NCBI RefSeq assembly: GCF_023055435.1
Contig: NW_025963779.1
Span: 89,838,001-89,902,000, forward strand
DNA from: Haliotis rufescens
Lineage: Eukaryota
Reading direction: 5' to 3'
Length of the DNA: 64,000 nt
Shown: positions 59,821 to 64,000 of the stretch, piece by piece
Numbering within the stretch: position 1 is the stretch's first letter
Layout of the letters: each line of letters begins with the position of its first letter
Program-made: the position numbers and the translations under genes
Notes under the pieces: generated by a model
What the model saw: the letters and a program-made list of their open reading frames with translations, nothing else
What the model was told of the DNA's origin: nothing
The model's database searches: none

Positions 59821-61649
59821 TTGCACCACATGTTTCCGTTTTTTTTAATATGACTTGCCTTTGCATGTGTTTGTGACGGGTATTTGATAGTGATTCATAA
59901 ACACATGCTCATGATGTAGGACTGTTGTATAGTATGCTGTATAGCATGTTGTATAGCATTTGGTACCAGTGGATATCGTTAACATTTGTGAGATAAACCC
60001 TTGATACGATAACTAAATCAATCAGGAAAAATATATACATCATTTGGCAAGGCTCTGTTTTGTTCTATAATGTCTCATCTGGTTCTCAAGCAGGTCTACA
60101 GGAGATAAGATGCGAGGCGAGCTTGAGTCACAGTTTAGATAACTTATCCATATTGCAAAACCCTTTGCAAACTGTACCAACACATAACCTTGACATGCGA
60201 AATCAACTGATCTATTTCGGAAGATTCACTGCTAAAACAATCCCCAGAACTGACAGACATAATCCACATACACTCATTTAAACACACACACACACCCTGG
60301 ATCTACCAGCTCAGTACATAAGTGCTCACTTGTCAGCTCTTTGTTAACTATGGGCGGGTTAAGACAAGTACAGTGCAGCAGTGGATAAGACGGGCTTCAG
60401 GGCTTGCGCAACATCCCTGATCTACATCCACATATTGATGAGGTTATCAAGAAGGTGGAGGCTGCAGACAATGCAAAGCTGGCATAACTCCACTGCGATG
60501 CCGTACCACCTATGCAGAAGCGTTTCCAGAGGGAAGTGGAAAATCGTATAAGACCCCCAGAAGACCAGCTCTAGTCTGTCTTACAGACCCTGATACAAAT
60601 ATATATCAAATACAGCCCATGCAAGTCTATAATGTTTGGCAAGTCTAGATTACTGCAGTATGAAATGAAGAGAGTCACTGGGCTCCCTTTTGTTATATTT
60701 ATATTAAGATAACTGAACAACTGTTTTTTTCTGTACGATATGTTCATTTCAGAGACTAGATGTTAAACTAGTCCAGCTCGAACACGAACCAAATACACCA
60801 ATGCAGAATCTGGATGCCATTGGTCATACACCAAGTTGGGAGAGAGTGAGTTTGACGCCGCTCTGGAGATTATTCCAGTTATATCGTGGCGTGTCAGCTT
60901 CATGTGGGAGAAAAGCCCGAAGCGATGCAGGTCTCAGACATTTACCACATTGATGAACCCATGAGATATATAAGATACTGTAATAACGTATTAATGATAA
61001 TGCTGTATAATGTTGACGTAGGACACATATAAAAATTCTCTAAACAAGATTGTGTTTACTGCTCTTGGAACGAATGGGAGGATGCTGTTCGAAACTGCAA
61101 ATAACCTTGCACAGTGCATTGTAAAGCTCAACGACCGAACTTGGCGCACGTGCATCAGCATCAACAGTGAACATATTACGCGCACATCGTGCAAAGCGAC
61201 TCAAACGTTATAAACACATCCTTCAAGACGACAATGTTCACATGGCGGGCCCACTTAGTCAGGAACGACATCACTACATAACTGATCCCATTCCGCCGCC
61301 CACATCTCGTCTGAATTTGGTCGCCTACGCGGCAACTAATTAGGTATCAGAGGCCGATCTTGCCAACGGTTCTATCAAGAAGCGTGTGTATGTAACTCCG
61401 GAGTCGTTAATAGCACACCTTGTGATATAACAGAGAGAGGTTATGTGCGCGCGTCATACTGATTTGACATGAGAACAACGCAACAAAGTAAATGTTATGA
61501 TGGCTAATGATCGGAGGAACCATACTGCGTCTGAGTGTGGTATTTCTGTTAAACTGTGGCATGGTATCTCAGTGGACAAGCACTATAAAACCTGCTTTAG
61601 CCCGGACAGATACAAACAGCCACAAACACACATACAATCAATTAAGTAC

Positions 61650-62060
61650 TTTCCCTCTATTCACAGAAAGTATCTGAGACAAGTAGAATTTACTAATACC
61701 AACTGGATTCTCATAAACTCAAAGGATATGTTTAAAGTTTTGCAATCTCAGAAATGAACTAACTTTAATTCTGTCCAATCATTTGGTTTTTAACTTTGTA
61801 CAAAACTATCCAACATGACAAACTTGAGGAAAAACGTCCTCTGTTGATCCATGGGTTATTTGTTATAGAAAGGCTTTTGTCGTATTTCCTACATATAAAC
61901 GATAGATAGAGTTACACACCTGTCTTCAGAGATTCAGAACAATTTGTCAGAAATGAAAACAATTCTGTCAAAACTATCAAACATGACAAACTTGAGAGAA
62001 ACATCCTCTGTTGATCAATGGGGCATTTGCTATTGAAAGGCTTTTGTCGTATTTACTAAA
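61650..62060 (+). repeat. Local duplicate of ~59000-59320 (Penelope-like fragment) with partial third copy
   Basis: TCTATTCACAGAAAGTATCTGAGAC...CAGAAATGAAAACAAT near-identical in both places. Confidence 0.88.
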
Positions 62061-62129
62061 CGTGGTGACGACAGATATATTCCTCATGTGAGCTGGAAGA
62101 ACTATATTTATGTCCTACAGCAAGGCACG

Positions 62130-62340
62130 ACGACAGGTGTGCGCCGCAATCGGCCCGGACGTCAATCTCATGGACGATAACGCACGACCTCGTCGTGCCA
62201 GAGTCGTTCATGCCTGTTTAGAGCAGGAGACCATTGTCCGCTTGGAGTGGCCAGCCTGGTCACAGGGCCTCATCCCGATCCATCACACGTGGAACGAGAT
62301 CTCCCGCTCACGACACCCAGTCCTTCCGGCAAGTCTATAG
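62130..62340 (+). mobile_element. Tc1 transposase DDE-domain fragment
   Basis: LMDDNARPRRAR...LEWPAWSQGLIPIHHTW, degenerate QDNARPH...WPARSPDLNPIEHVW. Confidence 0.82.
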
Positions 62341-63754
62341 GAACTCGGCAATATTGGGAGCATGAGGTTAGTTGCCAGGCTGCGAGTGCATCACGTGTAT
62401 CACATGTGCACTGTGAGTTGTCTTTTTGGACAATGACGTTTTCCTGCTTTATTGACATTTCCGTTTTGGTCAGATACTCTGATTTTGACGGGTGACCTGA
62501 CTGCTTATTGGTCACATGTCGTTTGTTGGCATTGTGTTGCACGGTCTTTGCCTATTTCAACAGATGCACACAATTTGACGTATCACCTGTGTTGATCCTT
62601 AGCAAACTTGAGTGGTATATCCGTTATTTTAAAACAGGGACTAAAACAGAATTAGAGAGATATAATTATCTATTGCTCATCATACAGCTGTCGTGACAAG
62701 CAAAGGAGACTAAAGTTATTTTGCTTATTTGACATTTCCAGCATGACAATCTCCGAGTGAAAGGTGTGGGCAGAGAGTAGCGGCAAGGATTTGTGCCTAA
62801 TGCCATCGCTGATATCAAGTCGATTTATTTATTCCAGGCCAATCTTTGGCTTCCTTTGATGTGCCTGTGACAATGTTATGATCATTACGTAACCTGACTT
62901 ACAGCCCAACCATGTAACAACATGTCAAATGTATGTGTATGCGAATGCAAAAAAAGTGAGAAAGAAATTAATGTGTCTGGGTCAAAATGTCAGATGGTTT
63001 GTTTGCATCAGATCTCTTTTTGTGTCTAATCGTTTTTACAGCGATGCTATGTGCATAGTTCACTCGATTGTACATAACAACTTAACCATACATGACTTCT
63101 TCAGGTAAAAGTAGATGGAATAATATATATGGGTGAATCTATAGAGTTTTTATTAACATGAAAACTTCATTAAAACATAACACCTAAGGCTAATTGAATT
63201 CATTACCATAATATTTCATAATTTGTAAATGCTAATATTTTTAAAGATAATTATTTATTAATGTGTGTATGTGGTGTAATGTCCGACACGGGAATGGCAT
63301 TGTTTGTTCATCTGTATTTTCAGTTTAATTCTCAAAATGTCTAGATTATTAGATTATTCACAAACACAAAATAAACATGAATACATTATTTGACAGTACT
63401 ACTCAGTACTACTCTATGTCAAGGACTTGCTCTAAGGGAGATCACTCTCATCAGAAAGTGGAATGTCGGAACAGAGTAGCATGGCTGCCATGTAAAAGAC
63501 TTATGCTTAAGGTTAGTATTTAAAATAAAATCCCGAAACTTGTCTTCAATTATGGCAGACTCATGATGTCAACTAAAACCATGTCATTACCAAATACATT
63601 ATAGTAAACCAAAACGAATAATTTTGCAAACAGTGATGTATTCTTCTTTGAATTCGATGTTTCTCAATCAGTGCTTTGGAAGGTGAGCATGCTAATAAGC
63701 CACCCATATAAAAAAATGAGTAATGTTATTACCCTCACATGTCATTTCCAAAAT

Positions 63755-64000
63755 GACCACCTCCGTGGTTTAGCGGGAAAGCGTCCCCCCGGAGAGCGAA
63801 AGGTTCGGGGTTCGACTCCCGCCCGCGTCATCCCAAAAGACCTTAAAATATGGTACTTGTTGTAACCATGTCTGGCGCTCGGCATTGGCTAAAACATAAG
63901 GGTCTAAAACAAGGACTGGTCGGCTCGGAGTCAGTATATTGTCTCTGAGGGGGGTATTCATGTTAAACTGCGGCATGGTATCTCAGTGTGCTAGCACTAT
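63755..64000 (+). mobile_element. SINE family D, truncated by window end
   Basis: TGGTTTAGCGG / GGTTCGACTCC boxes, GTCATCCCAAAAGACCTTAAAATATGGTAC. Confidence 0.78.

Overview
Eukaryotic (animal) genomic DNA that is AT-rich, intron-rich and repeat-dense. The SINE repertoire with (TCAC)n tails suggests a gastropod mollusc such as abalone, but that is inference only. Three genes are supported. (1) The 3' part (21 exons, 187-16564, + strand, ~955 codons, frame-consistent throughout) of an alpha-2-macroglobulin-type thioester protein with FPETWLW, an intact GCGEQ and the MG8/receptor-binding domain; it unexpectedly ends in a basic six-cysteine NTR (netrin/sFRP/C345C-like) module. (2) A complete 10-exon UBL7 orthologue (- strand, 36880-18117, 316 aa, UBL + UBA). 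(3) An intronless 295-aa ORF of unknown family (37073-37960, +), head-to-head with UBL7. The distal ~24 kb has no recognisable host gene, only SINEs, MITEs, Tc1, CR1/L2-like and Penelope-like remnants and large minisatellites. The most striking structural signal is three independent minisatellites whose repeat unit is a copy of a real exon end plus its 5' splice site. In the thioester gene these units are 42 bp and 21 bp and open in frame, creating ladders of candidate alternative donors. No prokaryotic features or CRISPR arrays were found. All homology calls come from motif recognition by eye, not database searches.
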